Below are positions 12,268-23,481 of a DNA stretch of 64,000 nucleotides, piece after piece. The position numbers and the translations under genes are program-made. Origin of the DNA: Thermoplasmata archaeon (GTDB lineage: Archaea > Thermoplasmatota > Thermoplasmata > Halarchaeoplasmatales > Halarchaeoplasmataceae); assembly GCA_046498385.1 (NCBI GenBank), contig JAWOAU010000074.1:9355-73354 (forward strand), read 5' to 3'. Under the pieces are notes generated by a model that saw only the letters and a program-made list of their open reading frames with translations, made no database searches and was not told the DNA's origin. Each line of letters begins with the position of its first letter. Position 1 is the first letter of the stretch.

Positions 12268-12827
12268 TTTTCCTCGCACATTTTAGCAAAATTTTTGAAT
12301 ATATCCACACCGTATTCCGTATGTTCCACTTCAGGATGGAACTGGAGTCCGTATATTTTTTTGTTAACGTGTTTGAACGCTTGTACATTACAAGTTTCCG
12401 AAGTAGCTAAGAGCTCAAGTTCGTTACCAAGTTCTTTAACTTCATCGTTATGCGATTCCCAAACAACGAACTTTTCGGGCAAACCTTTGAAGAGGTCGTT
12501 TTTGTTGATAATTCTTATCTCGGATTTTCCATACTCCGGTGAGCACGCTAGTCCCGCTCTCCCTCCAAAGTATCTTGCGATGTATTGTGCACCTACGCAT
12601 ATACCTAGTATGGGGATATCTAGTTCCAAATATTTATCGACATTACCGAGTTTCAGTTTTTCGTCGGAAATAGTGGGCGCACCTCCTGAGAGTATCAGAC
12701 CTTGTGAGCATATATCTTCTGGAGGTACGGTATTCGGTATTATCTTTGAATCAACATCTAGATACCGAAGTACCCTCCATTCTCTGTGGGTCCACTGTCC
12801 CCCATTATCCACTACATCTATATTCAT
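12264..12827 (-). CDS. guaA: GMP synthase (glutamine-hydrolysing), subunit A (GATase)
   Basis: 187-aa class I amidotransferase (VDNGGQWTHREWRVLR...GICVGAQ...FHPE), typical of the split archaeal GuaA. Confidence 0.85.
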   Translation of the reverse strand: MNIDVVDNGGQWTHREWRVLRYLDVDSKIIPNTVPPEDICSQGLILSGGAPTISDEKLKLGNVDKYLELDIPILGICVGAQYIARYFGGRAGLACSPEYGKSEIRIINKNDLFKGLPEKFVVWESHNDEVKELGNELELLATSETCNVQAFKHVNKKIYGLQFHPEVEHTEYGVDIFKNFAKMCEEN

Positions 12828-12832
12828 CTTTA

Positions 12833-14443
12833 CTATCCCCTGTTTATCATGGCGTTGACGAAGGCTAAAAATAACGGGGCCGGTTCTAGTGGACGAGATT
12901 TAAACTCAGGGTGAAACTGGCTGCCTATAAAAAAGGGGTGCTCCTTTATTTCCAAGATCTCCATCCGTTTTTTGTTTGATGATTTACCGCTGAATATCAT
13001 CCCGTTCTTTTCGAACTCGTCTTTGTACTCCAGATTAACTTCGTATCTGTGCCGATGCCTTTCTTGTATCTCATGGCTATCGTAGATCTCATGAGCCTTT
13101 GTTCCCTCTTCGACGATCACCTTTTCACTGCCGAGTCTCATGGTCCCTCCCATCTTATCGATACCCCTCTGCATGGGAAGGAGGTCGATCACAGGGTGTT
13201 CCGTCTTATGATCGAATTCAGAGCTATTTGCGTTCTCGTATCCGAGTACGTTTCGTGCGAACTCTATTACTGATATCTGGAATCCAAGACAGATGGTAAG
13301 TATCGGGAGGTTGTTTGTTCTTGCATAGTGGATGGCATTCATCTTTCCTTCGATGCCCCGGGTACCGAAACCCCCGGGTATCAATACTCCGTCAACATCT
13401 TTAAGCAGATCTTTAACGGTAGCCCTTTCCTCAAAATCTTCCGATTCAATGAACCGTATGTTGATCTTGGTTTTGGTCGCAGATTGACAATGGTTCAAAG
13501 CTTCAACATGGCTGACGTATGCATCTTCCAGCTCACAATATTTTCCCACAAGAGCAATGGTAATATCCGATGTGGGATTTTCAAAGTCATTCAGAAACCG
13601 CTGCCAATTTTTCATATATTCATCAAAGCCGTTTTCTTTTTTGATTTTAAGCTTCTCCATAACATAGTCCGTTAATCCTTCGTCATTTAGAATGAGGGGC
13701 ACTCGGTATATGTTGTTCGCGTTAGGTGAACTTATAACGGCTTCTTGCGGCACGTCGCAAAAGAGAGATATCTTTCGCTTGGTGGACGGTTCCAGCTCAT
13801 CCTTGGAACGCCCAACAATCACATCGGGTTCTATACCTATAGCCCGCAGCGCTTTGACCGAATGCTGTGTAGGTTTTGTTTTCTGCTCTCCTACAACATC
13901 CATGACTGGAACCAGCGTAGTGTGTATAAACATGAGATTATCGTCTCCCACTTCCATATGAAGCTGTCTGCTGGCTTCAAGGAATGGTGAGCTCTCGATG
14001 TCTCCCACAGTGCCCCCCATCTCCACTAGAACAACATCGGATTCCGTCTCATCGGCCACCTTCCATATCCTTCTATTTATCTCGTCGGTTATATGTGGAA
14101 TGATCTGAACGGTCTTACCAAGGTATTCACCAGACCTCTCTTTCTCAATAACACTTCTGTAAACTTTACCGGTGGTTATATTATCTTCGCCGCAAAGCTT
14201 GGTATCTAAAAATCTCTCGTAATTTCCCAGGTCCAAATCGGCTTCGGTACCATCGTTCAACACGTATACCTCCCCGTGTTCGAAGGGGTTCATCGTACCT
14301 GCATCACAATTGAGGTACGGATCAACCTTTACTGCGGTTACCTTGAACCCGTGTGATTTTAACAGCATCCCTACTGAAGAGGTTACTACTCCTTTACCCA
14401 AACCTGATAAAACACCGCCCGTGATTATTATAAATTTAGTCAT
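12833..14443 (-). CDS. pyrG: CTP synthase
   Basis: [19 protein letters not shown]-terminus and a C-terminal GATase domain (GICLGFQ...HRHRYE). Confidence 0.95.
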   Translation of the reverse strand: MTKFIIITGGVLSGLGKGVVTSSVGMLLKSHGFKVTAVKVDPYLNCDAGTMNPFEHGEVYVLNDGTEADLDLGNYERFLDTKLCGEDNITTGKVYRSVIEKERSGEYLGKTVQIIPHITDEINRRIWKVADETESDVVLVEMGGTVGDIESSPFLEASRQLHMEVGDDNLMFIHTTLVPVMDVVGEQKTKPTQHSVKALRAIGIEPDVIVGRSKDELEPSTKRKISLFCDVPQEAVISSPNANNIYRVPLILNDEGLTDYVMEKLKIKKENGFDEYMKNWQRFLNDFENPTSDITIALVGKYCELEDAYVSHVEALNHCQSATKTKINIRFIESEDFEERATVKDLLKDVDGVLIPGGFGTRGIEGKMNAIHYARTNNLPILTICLGFQISVIEFARNVLGYENANSSEFDHKTEHPVIDLLPMQRGIDKMGGTMRLGSEKVIVEEGTKAHEIYDSHEIQERHRHRYEVNLEYKDEFEKNGMIFSGKSSNKKRMEILEIKEHPFFIGSQFHPEFKSRPLEPAPLFLAFVNAMINRG

Positions 14444-14509
14444 CTGTTTTCACGGGTATCAGGTAGAAGGGTAATGTGGTTTAAAGTTTTGGTCTCATGA
14501 TTGGAATAA

Positions 14510-14962
14510 CTATGTGCTACAATTCTCCAATTCGGTGAATATATCCCGTATGAACCTCTCTCCCCTCTCGGTAACGCATCTGTAGCGTATGCCGCTGGTG
14601 GTTTCCGAGTGGGTTGAATCATCCTTCACGTTCGCTACATCCACCTTTATCATGCACATGGCCTTGTTGCACTCCATGGGTTCCCTTACCACTTCGGCCT
14701 TTCCTTTGATTGAAACATTGATGTCGTTCTCCTCGCACATACATATCATCACCTTCCCGTTGTCTTTTATGTTGGCAGTGCCCTGATGCTGTAGTGCCAT
14801 AGCCATGAGTATGGTCTTTTGATCTTTAGCGTATATCAGGTGCACCGGCGTGGTGTTCGGTTCTCCCTCCCGGGAAACCGTGGCAACCACCACGGAGGGT
14901 ATCTTGGACCTGAGCATATTTAACGCCTCCTCCGGTAAAGACTCGCCGAGTATCTTTGACAT
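14510..14962 (-). CDS. pyridoxamine 5'-phosphate oxidase-like FMN-binding split-barrel protein
   Basis: 150 aa. VVVATVSREGEPNTTPVHLIYA resembles the PNPOx-like family. Function is unassigned. Confidence 0.55.
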   Translation of the reverse strand: MSKILGESLPEEALNMLRSKIPSVVVATVSREGEPNTTPVHLIYAKDQKTILMAMALQHQGTANIKDNGKVMICMCEENDINVSIKGKAEVVREPMECNKAMCMIKVDVANVKDDSTHSETTSGIRYRCVTERGERFIRDIFTELENCST

Positions 14963-14997
14963 GATGAGGTCAATGTGGGGAGGTGATATAAAAGATA

Positions 14998-15498
14998 CTA
15001 TCCGATATCCTCGGTAACCTGTTTTTTTACCTGATCGAAGTTATCTTCCAAGGTGTACAGTTTGCCCCTGGAAGCATATCGGTCGATCAAGTGTCTGTGA
15101 AGTACCGCCAGTACCGGCGTTTTTGAGCTGAGAAGAGTATCCACGGCATCTTTGAACTCTTCGCTGAACATCTCCATCTTTCCGATCTCGTCGATCACCA
15201 CCAGCTCCACATCGTCCGGCAGGTCCTTAAGCGATAATTCGGTGAACTGATCCAGCTCCTCCGTACATACTCCGTACTTCCCGACCCTGGGTCCCTCATC
15301 TACATCCACATGGGCCAGCACACCTTTTTCACCGGTCATGATGTCCTCAAGGGCAAAGCCCACACGCTTTCCGTTCCTTCGCATCTCCGGGGTGCTCAGG
15401 CCTGCCACCGTCATGCCGCATTCCGCCGCAACTTCCCTCACCAGTGTACTCTTACCGCAGCGTGGATTTCCGGTTATGAATATGTTTTTGCTTTTCAT
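14998..15498 (-). CDS. nucleoside-triphosphatase, THEP1/MJ1559 family
   Basis: Walker A ITGNPRCGKSTL and VIDEIGKMEMFS are typical of the small archaeal NTPase family. Confidence 0.8.
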   Translation of the reverse strand: MKSKNIFITGNPRCGKSTLVREVAAECGMTVAGLSTPEMRRNGKRVGFALEDIMTGEKGVLAHVDVDEGPRVGKYGVCTEELDQFTELSLKDLPDDVELVVIDEIGKMEMFSEEFKDAVDTLLSSKTPVLAVLHRHLIDRYASRGKLYTLEDNFDQVKKQVTEDIG

Positions 15499-15654
15499 AA
15501 TATCGTCATTGCTCTTCCTAATACGCTATGATCGAGTCAAGTATATTTATTCTCTTACCTATTGGATAGCTTCAATCTTCTTCAGATATCGCTCCTTCAT
15601 GTTTAATTATGATCATTTGGATGATCGGAATCTATGAACCGCTTCTGATCAATC

Positions 15655-18123
15655 CTATAGATCCACCTTTTTCAGCCGGTTGGAGTTCGTCACCACATTG
15701 ATACTCGAAAACGACATGGCGGCCATGCCGATTAGCGGGTGCAGCAGTCCAACGAAGGCCACCGGGATAGCGACCACGTTGTAGAAGAAGGCCCACACCA
15801 GATTTTGCTGTATCTTTTTGAAGGTTGCATGGGATAGCCTGACAGCTTTCACCACCGCTGAGAGGTCACCTTTGACCAGTACAATATCCCCGCTCTCTAT
15901 GGCGATGTCCGTACCGGTACCGATGGCTATGCCAACGTCAGCCTGTTCCAATGCCGGGGCATCGTTGATCCCGTCTCCTACCATGGCCACAAGGTCGCCC
16001 TTTTTTTGCAGTTTTTTTATTTCCTTGACCTTCTCATCGGGCATCACTTCCGCTAATACCCTGGTGATCCCCACCTGTTCAGCGATGGCCTTGGCGGTTT
16101 CTTTATTATCTCCCGTTAGCATGACCGGAGTAAGCCCTTCCTTTTTAAGGGCAGCGATGGCTCTTTTCGAGTCGCTCTTCAGCTGATCAGCGATGGCGAC
16201 CATACCTGCGATCTCACCGTCGACGGCTACGAAGACCACGGTCTTAGCTTCTTTTTGCAATTTTCTGAAGTGTTTCATCTTACTCAATTCGATCCCGTAT
16301 TGTTCCATGAGCTCCGGCGTACCCACGAACACCTGGGAACCGTCTATCTTTGCCTTCACCCCCCGGCCGGTAACCGATTCGAAATCGTCGGGTTCCTTTA
16401 GTTCCAACCCCTCCTCCTTTGCTTTCTTCACGATGGCTTCACCCAGCGGATGTTCGGAATTCATCTCGGCGGATGCTGTATACATCAGTATCTTTTCTCC
16501 TCCAGGCACATCGGTCACACCGGGCTCACCTTTTGTTATAGTTCCAGTTTTATCCAGTACGATGATTTTCACATCTTTCATGAGCTGGATGGCTTCTCCT
16601 CTACGTATGAGCACTCCGTTCTCCGCACCCTTACCGCTTCCAACCATGAGTGCCGTTGGTGTCGCCAGTCCCAGAGCGCAGGGACATGCGATGACCAAGG
16701 TAGCCACCGCCGCATACACGGCCAAAGAGATCACTCCCAACTCCGGATTCACCCACGGTAAGACAGGTTCCGCCCATACCACGATGGAATGGAAGGTGCT
16801 GGGAAACACCATCCACAGTACGAATGCACTGAGTGCGATGGCGATCATCGCAGGGACGAAGTAGGAAGTCACCTTATCGGCGTATGCCTGTATGGGCACC
16901 CTGGAACCTTGAGCTTCCTCGACCATCTTGATCACCTGGGATAAGAAGGTATCCTTACCTACCTTAGTGGCTTCTACCTTAAGCGCTCCCTCTTTGTTTA
17001 TGGTGGCTCCGATCACTTCATCACCCTCTCCTTTATTCACCGGCATGGACTCCCCGGTGGCTATGGATTCGTCCACCGAACTTTTGCCGGATACGACAAC
17101 TCCGTCGGTGGGGATCTTATCTCCCGGCCTGACCACCATCACATCTCCGATCTCGACCTCCTCTACCGATATCTCTTGCTCCTCTCCGTTTCTGATGACT
17201 CTAGCGGTTTTTGCCTCCAGTGTCATAAGTTTCTTGATAGCTTGAGATGCCTTTCCGGTGGCTTTATCCTCTATGTACCTACCGATCAGATGGAAGGCCA
17301 TTATCATACCGGCCACGCCGCCGTAGTTCAGTATATTCGGGCCGTAGCCGAACCGATGCGATACTGCTATGAACCCCGTGGAGAAGGCGGCTAAAGTACC
17401 CAGCATGATGAGAGCGTCCATGTTTGGAGTCAGGTTGATGAACGATTTGATCGCCGAAACATAGGTTTCTTTACCGGTGTAAAATAAGATGGGTGTTGCA
17501 AGTCCCACCATGGCTATGTTGTAGAATCTCATCCCACCAACAGTTATACCAAAGAACATATGGGGGATCATCAGTACGAGCATGGGTATGATGAACCCCC
17601 ACGCCACCATTGCACGATGTTTTGAAGATTCTATCTTCTCAACATCCCTTTCCACCTTATCCTTCTCCTCCCTTTCTCCCTTCAACCACGAATCGGGAAC
17701 ATCGTACCCGGTTTTCTTCACGGTCCTCACGAAATCGCTTTTATGTACCTTACTTGGAATGTAATCGATGGTGGCCTTCTCGGTGGTCAGATTGACGTTA
17801 GCCGAGATCACTCCGTCCAGACGCTCCAAGCTTTTTTTTACCGCCTGTGAGCAAGATGCGCAGGTCATACCCCGGATAGGCATATCGATCTTGCTTCCTT
17901 CTGCCACCTTATAGCCAGCTGATTCTACAGCTTTTGATATGTCATCCATGCTCAATTTCGATTCGTCGAAATCCACCAATGCCTCTTTGGTAGCATAGCT
18001 GACGTTAGACTCTTTGATACCTTCGAGTTTTTTCAATGATTTATCTATGGCCTGAGCGCAGCTGGCACAGTGCATTCCTTCGATGGGTACGCTTTTTTTA
18101 TTCTTCGCCATGGAGATCACCAT
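15655..18123 (-). CDS. copA: copper-translocating P1B-type ATPase with two N-terminal HMA domains
   Basis: GMHCASC and GMTCASC metal-binding domains, CPC motif ([11 protein letters not shown]), DKTGT phosphorylation site, GDGINDAP hinge. An alternative start at ATG 18111 follows GGTGAT. Confidence 0.95.
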   Translation of the reverse strand: MVISMAKNKKSVPIEGMHCASCAQAIDKSLKKLEGIKESNVSYATKEALVDFDESKLSMDDISKAVESAGYKVAEGSKIDMPIRGMTCASCSQAVKKSLERLDGVISANVNLTTEKATIDYIPSKVHKSDFVRTVKKTGYDVPDSWLKGEREEKDKVERDVEKIESSKHRAMVAWGFIIPMLVLMIPHMFFGITVGGMRFYNIAMVGLATPILFYTGKETYVSAIKSFINLTPNMDALIMLGTLAAFSTGFIAVSHRFGYGPNILNYGGVAGMIMAFHLIGRYIEDKATGKASQAIKKLMTLEAKTARVIRNGEEQEISVEEVEIGDVMVVRPGDKIPTDGVVVSGKSSVDESIATGESMPVNKGEGDEVIGATINKEGALKVEATKVGKDTFLSQVIKMVEEAQGSRVPIQAYADKVTSYFVPAMIAIALSAFVLWMVFPSTFHSIVVWAEPVLPWVNPELGVISLAVYAAVATLVIACPCALGLATPTALMVGSGKGAENGVLIRRGEAIQLMKDVKIIVLDKTGTITKGEPGVTDVPGGEKILMYTASAEMNSEHPLGEAIVKKAKEEGLELKEPDDFESVTGRGVKAKIDGSQVFVGTPELMEQYGIELSKMKHFRKLQKEAKTVVFVAVDGEIAGMVAIADQLKSDSKRAIAALKKEGLTPVMLTGDNKETAKAIAEQVGITRVLAEVMPDEKVKEIKKLQKKGDLVAMVGDGINDAPALEQADVGIAIGTGTDIAIESGDIVLVKGDLSAVVKAVRLSHATFKKIQQNLVWAFFYNVVAIPVAFVGLLHPLIGMAAMSFSSINVVTNSNRLKKVDL

Positions 18124-18266
18124 CAGATGTATATCTCAGGTTTCTCGTCGACCTGAGCGTGGCAGTTTTTTCGTTCACTCCCATACTGAGAGCAAAGACG
18201 GGTGAATTGAATCTTTGCGACCTTTTGGGAATTAGATTCACCTTGGTATGTGGGGTCCTTTGCCAT
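18123..18266 (-). CDS. hypothetical 47-aa Cys/His peptide coupled to copA
   Basis: Below the track cutoff. ATG 18266 lies 7 nt downstream of GAGGTG (plus-strand cacctc 18274-18279). The TGA stop shares one base with the copA ATG (TGATG). Product: [47 protein letters not shown]. Confidence 0.35.
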   Translation of the reverse strand: MAKDPTYQGESNSQKVAKIQFTRLCSQYGSERKNCHAQVDEKPEIYI

Positions 18267-18395
18267 TTTTAAACACCTCTACGTGTGTATATGTACCTTA
18301 TTATTCATTGCATTTTCGGTTTACAATTGTTAAATTTTACCACCTTATATTTTACGATCGCAAGATTTATCACGGTGCCATTGTATTTACGTATC

Positions 18396-19007
18396 ATGGA
18401 TTTGGACAGGACAGAGATGGGGATACTCAAGGCCCTGCAAAAGGATTCACGCAGGTCTATGCGATCTCTGGCAGATGAGTTAGATGTGAGCGTCCCCACC
18501 ATCAGTACCAAGATCAAGGAGCTGGAGGATATGGGTTTGATACAGGGATACGGCGCTCAGATCGATGTGAACATGCTGGGGTTGCACACCTTCGTACTGA
18601 ATATAGACACCAGGCCCAACAGTTTGGAGTCGGTATCCCAAGAAATCCTGAACACACCTCAGGTTCGCAGTCTTTACGAACTGGACGGCGGCAGTTTGAT
18701 GACTATATTATCTGTAGATGAGATGAGAGAATTGGATAACATACTTCGGGAGCTCAAATCTATGGAAAGCATACTTGGATTCACCAGTTCCAGGGTAACC
18801 GGTACCTTTAGAGATCACGGCCCTGTTCTGGTTGAAGACCAAGCTTCTCTTGATTTGGACTGCTACTACTGCAAGGCCCATATTGAGGGCAAGCCGGTGA
18901 AACTGGAGATGGATGGAAAAAAGCATTACCTGTGCTGTGAGGTATGTGCAAGGGAGTATCGGAAAAAGTACGAGGCACTGAAGAAGAAATCTGAAAAACA
19001 CCGGTAG
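18396..19007 (+). CDS. Lrp/AsnC-type HTH regulator with C-terminal TRASH metal-binding domain (CopR-like)
   Basis: N-terminal HTH (ILKALQKDSRRSMRSLADELDVSVPTISTKIKELEDMGLI) and a C-terminal CYYC...HYLCCEVCAREY TRASH-like cysteine pattern. It is divergent from copA. The 37-aa extension in the track (18285) is rejected. Confidence 0.75.
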   Translation: MDLDRTEMGILKALQKDSRRSMRSLADELDVSVPTISTKIKELEDMGLIQGYGAQIDVNMLGLHTFVLNIDTRPNSLESVSQEILNTPQVRSLYELDGGSLMTILSVDEMRELDNILRELKSMESILGFTSSRVTGTFRDHGPVLVEDQASLDLDCYYCKAHIEGKPVKLEMDGKKHYLCCEVCAREYRKKYEALKKKSEKHR

Positions 19008-19172
19008 CTTTGAGGTTTTATATCTTCCAGAATGGGAGTCCGCAGATTTGACTTGGTTCCACCGGCCAAAAATCAAATATTCAGGCTGATTTCAACTCAC
19101 AAAAAGGCTACATATTATGATGAATTTCCAGATAATTAATATCCACTGGACTCTAGCGAAAAAATATATATT

Positions 19173-19700
19173 ATGTGTACATATTACCATTTTGAATACG
19201 GAGTTGAAAACTTGCCTATAAAACACCAGAATAAAATATTGGCCGTTTGTACGGCTACGATGCTCGTATTAATCATGATATTCTGGTTTGCTTTTTTTGA
19301 CCGTGATATTGATTCCAACGAAGAAACCATCGTTTTGATAAACTCAAATGACGAACGAATTGAAATGACGGTTCTAATAGCCGAGTCCGCTAGCCAGCAG
19401 AAATTGGGGTTGATGAACCATGAATCACTTTGTAAATATTGCGGCATGTTATTTGTTTATGAAGAAGACGTGCACCATGGTTTTTGGATGAAAAATACGA
19501 AGATAGCGCTATCCATAGCCTTCATATCCAAAGACGGCATCATCATGGAGGTCCAAAATATGGAACCAGAAACGACTAATACTCATAAACCTGAAGAGCC
19601 TTATAGATATGCATTGGAGGTCAACCAAGGTTTCTTTCAAGAAGAAAGCATAACACCGGGAGACCTAGTTTCGATTCCAGCTCGGCTTCGTTATAACTGA
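19173..19700 (+). CDS. DUF192-like protein with N-terminal membrane anchor
   Basis: GLMNHESL...GMLFVYEEDVHHGFWMKNTKIALSIAFISKDGIIMEV...YALEVNQGFF matches my recollection of the DUF192 pattern. The region is A+T-rich by eye. Confidence 0.6.
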   Translation: MCTYYHFEYGVENLPIKHQNKILAVCTATMLVLIMIFWFAFFDRDIDSNEETIVLINSNDERIEMTVLIAESASQQKLGLMNHESLCKYCGMLFVYEEDVHHGFWMKNTKIALSIAFISKDGIIMEVQNMEPETTNTHKPEEPYRYALEVNQGFFQEESITPGDLVSIPARLRYN

Positions 19701-19843
19701 TCATAGTGCAATGGATATCATTTTCGTCAAAGGATGTGTGTATTTGATTAGAAATCTATAATTTAAATGCAACAACCAAAAAATACCTATATAGGAGATT
19801 GGTTTAGTGTTCTAATTGTCAAAGATTTAAAGGTGTTGAAACA

Positions 19844-21796
19844 ATGGCAGAAAAAGAAACACATATCGAAGCAAGGATGGAAGATACAAATATATATCCG
19901 CCTCCGGAAGAATTCAAGAAGAACGCTAACATGAACGACCCAGGCATATACAAATATGCTGAGGAGAACTATGAAAAGTTCTGGGCCGAACGTGCAGAGA
20001 AGCTGCATTGGTATAAAAAGTGGGATAAGGTACTAGAGTGGAATCCTCCATATGCCAAATGGTTCCTGAACGGCAAGATTAATGCATCTTACAACTGCGT
20101 GGACAGGCACATTGAGAACGGAAAGGGTGACAAGACCGCCATAATTTGGGAAGGCGAGCCAACCGACGAATCTAGCAAGTATACTTACGCCGAGCTCAAG
20201 GACGAGGTCTGTAAGTTCGCCAACGGACTCAAGGAACTAGGGGTCGGAAAGGGAGACATAGTTACTTTTTACCTTCCCATGGTCCCCGAACTTGCTATAG
20301 GCCTGCTAGCTTGTGCCCGTATCGGTGCACCTCACAGCGTCGTATTCGGAGGCTTCTCTCCTAAAGCACTTAGAGACAGACTTCAGGATTCCAAATCAAA
20401 AGTGCTGGTAACCGCCGACGGATACTACCGGAGAGGAAAAAAGTTGAATATGTGGGAGAATGCGGTGGAGTCTTTGGAAGGCGCGGACTCCGTGAAAAAG
20501 GTAGTCATAGTTGACCGGCTCGGAAGGGACGATATAACGATAGACGAAGGAAGGGATCATTACTATCACGAGCTCGTAGAGGATAAATCAACGGAATGCG
20601 AACCCGAGAAGATGGATTCTGAGGATATGTTGTTCCTCATGTATACCAGCGGTACCACAGGTAAACCAAAGGGTGTAGTACATACGACCGGAGGATATCT
20701 AACCGGAACCTCGACAACCCATAAATGGGTATTCGATTTAAAGGAAGACGACATGTACTGGTGCACTGCTGATATCGGATGGATAACTGGTCACAGCTAT
20801 ATCGTATACGGTCCCCTAGCCAACGGTGCAACAACAATAATGTACGAAGGCTCTCCGGATTATCCGGATAAAGATAGGTTCTGGCAGATAGTTGAAAAGT
20901 ATGGTGTTACCTTACTCTATACCGCCCCAACAGCAATAAGATTGTTCATGAAATGGGGTAAAGAGTATCCTGAAAGATGCGACCTTTCTACTCTCAGATT
21001 GTTGGGAAGTGTCGGTGAACCTATAAATCCGAAGGCATGGGAATGGTACCGAGATGTCATCGGCGGAGGTAAATGCCCCATAGTTGATACATGGTGGCAA
21101 ACCGAAACCGGTATGATCCTGATAACTCCGCTCCCGGGTCTCACAGATCTAAAACCCGGCAGTGCGACAAAGCCATTCCCCGGTCTCAAGGCAGATATAT
21201 ACGATGCCGGTGGCAACAGCTTACCCCCTAATCAGGGTGGATATCTGGTACTCAAACGACCTTGGCCTGCAATGCTGAGAACCCTGTACGAAGATCCTGA
21301 AAGATACGAGAAAACTTACTGGTCTGAGTATGGTTCCGATATTTACTTTGCAGGTGACGGTGCTAGGGTGGACGAGGACGGTTACTTTTGGGTTGTCGGA
21401 AGGATAGACGACGTATTGAACGTTGCCGGACACAGACTCAGCACAATGGAGATGGAAAGTGCATTGGTTGACCATCCCGCCGTTGCCGAAGCAGCAGTTG
21501 TCGGTCGTCCGGATGATCTGAAAGGACACGTGCCGATGGCTTATGTAATCCTTGAAGGAAATAGAGAAAGTTCTGAAGAACTTGCTCAGGAACTACGGGC
21601 CCATGTAGGTGAGATTATAGGTCCCATCGGTAAGCCGGCCGACGTAAGATTCACCGATGATCTACCAAAGACTCGTTCCGGTAAGATCATGAGACGTATC
21701 TTGAAAAAGCTGGAAGCCGGAGAGGATTACGGCGACACATCCACACTCAGGAATCCTGAAATCGTGGAAGAGCTAAAGGCGCAGGTAGAACAGTAA
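19844..21796 (+). CDS. acs: acetyl-CoA synthetase (AMP-forming)
   Basis: 650 aa with the [14 protein letters not shown]-binding motif and a C-terminal [11 protein letters not shown]. Confidence 0.95.
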   Translation: MAEKETHIEARMEDTNIYPPPEEFKKNANMNDPGIYKYAEENYEKFWAERAEKLHWYKKWDKVLEWNPPYAKWFLNGKINASYNCVDRHIENGKGDKTAIIWEGEPTDESSKYTYAELKDEVCKFANGLKELGVGKGDIVTFYLPMVPELAIGLLACARIGAPHSVVFGGFSPKALRDRLQDSKSKVLVTADGYYRRGKKLNMWENAVESLEGADSVKKVVIVDRLGRDDITIDEGRDHYYHELVEDKSTECEPEKMDSEDMLFLMYTSGTTGKPKGVVHTTGGYLTGTSTTHKWVFDLKEDDMYWCTADIGWITGHSYIVYGPLANGATTIMYEGSPDYPDKDRFWQIVEKYGVTLLYTAPTAIRLFMKWGKEYPERCDLSTLRLLGSVGEPINPKAWEWYRDVIGGGKCPIVDTWWQTETGMILITPLPGLTDLKPGSATKPFPGLKADIYDAGGNSLPPNQGGYLVLKRPWPAMLRTLYEDPERYEKTYWSEYGSDIYFAGDGARVDEDGYFWVVGRIDDVLNVAGHRLSTMEMESALVDHPAVAEAAVVGRPDDLKGHVPMAYVILEGNRESSEELAQELRAHVGEIIGPIGKPADVRFTDDLPKTRSGKIMRRILKKLEAGEDYGDTSTLRNPEIVEELKAQVEQ

Positions 21797-21813
21797 AACC
21801 CCCTTCCCTCCCC

Positions 21814-21832
21814 TTTTTTTCTTATTTTTTTT
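21814..21832 (+). terminator. oligo-T terminator candidate for acs
   Basis: T7 and T8 tracts start 18 nt after the acs stop. They overlap the stop and Lys-rich C-terminus of the convergent methyltransferase. Confidence 0.4.
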
Positions 21833-22463
21833 CACAACCGTAGAGATATACCATGCCGTACATGTAGTATTCTTTACGCATCACTTGGAAGTGATCCTGG
21901 ATCCTTCGGTATATATCCCTATCCATATGTGTTCTGCCGAATATCTTGGCCGACAGCATCATGGGGTAGAAAAAGTATCTGGAAAAATTCCCCTTTGGTC
22001 GTCCAGTATCCAATATCACCATGTACCCGTCTTCTTTAAGTATGCGTTTGCATTCTTTGATAGCTTTTGTGGGGTCAGGCACGGTTGTAAACGTAAAGGT
22101 GGTTATTATCCTGTCAAAATGGTCTGCGGGGAATTTGGAATCCTCAATATCGTCTTTAACAATGGATACCTTATGGTCCACATTTTCCCTAACAGCGCGT
22201 TTTTTGGCTCTTCTGAGCATCCCCTTGCTGATGTCGGTCCCTACCACGTGTCCATCTTCCAATCGATCTACAATCTCCGGAAGTATATAACCGCTTCCGG
22301 TGCCCACGTCGAGCACCAACTCACCTCCCTGTAGATTTAACATATCTATGGAGCGGCTTCTCCAACATTTCTGTGGTCGGGAGATCAAAGGAAAATTGTC
22401 CACAGCATCGTAAAAGGGGCTCCAAACGTCATATCTGGAAGCGACCTTTTCCTTGGAAGACAT
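21822..22463 (-). CDS. class I SAM-dependent methyltransferase (UbiE/MenG-like)
   Basis: Motif I VLDVGTGSGY and a Methyltransf_11-like layout. The substrate is unknown. Confidence 0.7.
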   Translation of the reverse strand: MSSKEKVASRYDVWSPFYDAVDNFPLISRPQKCWRSRSIDMLNLQGGELVLDVGTGSGYILPEIVDRLEDGHVVGTDISKGMLRRAKKRAVRENVDHKVSIVKDDIEDSKFPADHFDRIITTFTFTTVPDPTKAIKECKRILKEDGYMVILDTGRPKGNFSRYFFYPMMLSAKIFGRTHMDRDIYRRIQDHFQVMRKEYYMYGMVYLYGCEKK

Positions 22464-22518
22464 CTACTTACTATTGGATTTAACATATTTCAAACCTTCG
22501 GAGGTATCTGAACACTCA

Positions 22519-23481
22519 TCACACTACAGTCATCAGTCCGAAGGTGAAATCTCCGTAAACCACCACATAACTGAATATATAACCCAGGATAACTCCTGAA
22601 TTGAGGAGGGGGAGTCCGGCTTGAGGATTTCCTTTCAGTACGTACCCCATGAGTACCGTCAGCCCTATGACTGCGCCACAGATGGAGCCAAATGCTACCA
22701 GAAGTGGGCCGTAGAGCCCTCCGAAGGTGATCGGTTCCAAGTACATGAAAGCGGAAACCGGCAGTATTCCCGGGATTATCATGTCTCCCAGGCCGATGAA
22801 GGTGGCATCCAATCCCTTTGACTTCTTTCCTTTTTTGGATACCAGTTTCTTTTTTTCCTCGTTTTTAAAAGAATATTTCATATCCGTAGGAAATACCAGC
22901 AGCACCGGCGTTTTCATCTTCATGACGCCGTCGGCCAATGTAAGCATGTGTTTGGTTTTGTATACTGAGATGGCGTCGTAGGCTGCCAGTGCGATCAGCA
23001 GTACGAATACTGGCAGAATACCGAGGCTGAAGCCGAAGATCGCTGCGATCCCGGCACCCATGATTAGCCCCAAACCGTTTATAACGTACCATTCAGGGTG
23101 AAGGTAAAGCAGGGCCGTGAGCAGGGCGGTGGTAACTATGGCAAAGGTCGACGGTAGATCGATCCAGACATTGGATACCAGTACCCTGTAGGGTATGAAG
23201 GTTAAATATATTGGGTAGAATACATAGAACATTGTCAAGGCTACAACGGCTAGTATCATGTATTGAAGAAAATTACCTTTGGTATACTTCATCACCAGCA
23301 GGAGTGCGCCGGTAAATACTATCAAAAATCCGACGTATATCAGTGGGTTAACCGGGTCGTCAACATCTTCTCCAAAGGCTTTGTACTCCTCGGGATAGAG
23401 ATTAACAACAGTCAATGCCAGCATATGGGTTAAAACCATCATGCAGGCGATTGCTACCACGGACAGATGCTCTTTTTTCAA
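22519..23481 (-). CDS. presenilin/signal-peptide-peptidase-type intramembrane aspartyl protease homolog
   Basis: Polytopic membrane protein with the YD motif (LAAYDAISVY), GxGD motif (IGLGDMIIPG) and a PAL-like AGLPLL near the C-terminus. The TTG start overlaps the aIF2-beta stop (TTGA). Confidence 0.75.
   Translation of the reverse strand: MKKEHLSVVAIACMMVLTHMLALTVVNLYPEEYKAFGEDVDDPVNPLIYVGFLIVFTGALLLVMKYTKGNFLQYMILAVVALTMFYVFYPIYLTFIPYRVLVSNVWIDLPSTFAIVTTALLTALLYLHPEWYVINGLGLIMGAGIAAIFGFSLGILPVFVLLIALAAYDAISVYKTKHMLTLADGVMKMKTPVLLVFPTDMKYSFKNEEKKKLVSKKGKKSKGLDATFIGLGDMIIPGILPVSAFMYLEPITFGGLYGPLLVAFGSICGAVIGLTVLMGYVLKGNPQAGLPLLNSGVILGYIFSYVVVYGDFTFGLMTVV

Noticed and set aside
12295-12858. 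187-aa plus-strand ORF exactly mirroring guaA subunit A. Similar long antisense ORFs occur at 16193-16864 (copA), 40487-41191 (malic enzyme), 53187-53873 (coaBC), 2034-2501 (thermosome) and 33482-33865 (mbhM).
   Set aside because: All lie antisense to genes with strong family signatures. Their products are low-complexity Ser/Pro/Thr/Leu-rich with no motifs. They are shadow ORFs and not overlapping genes.
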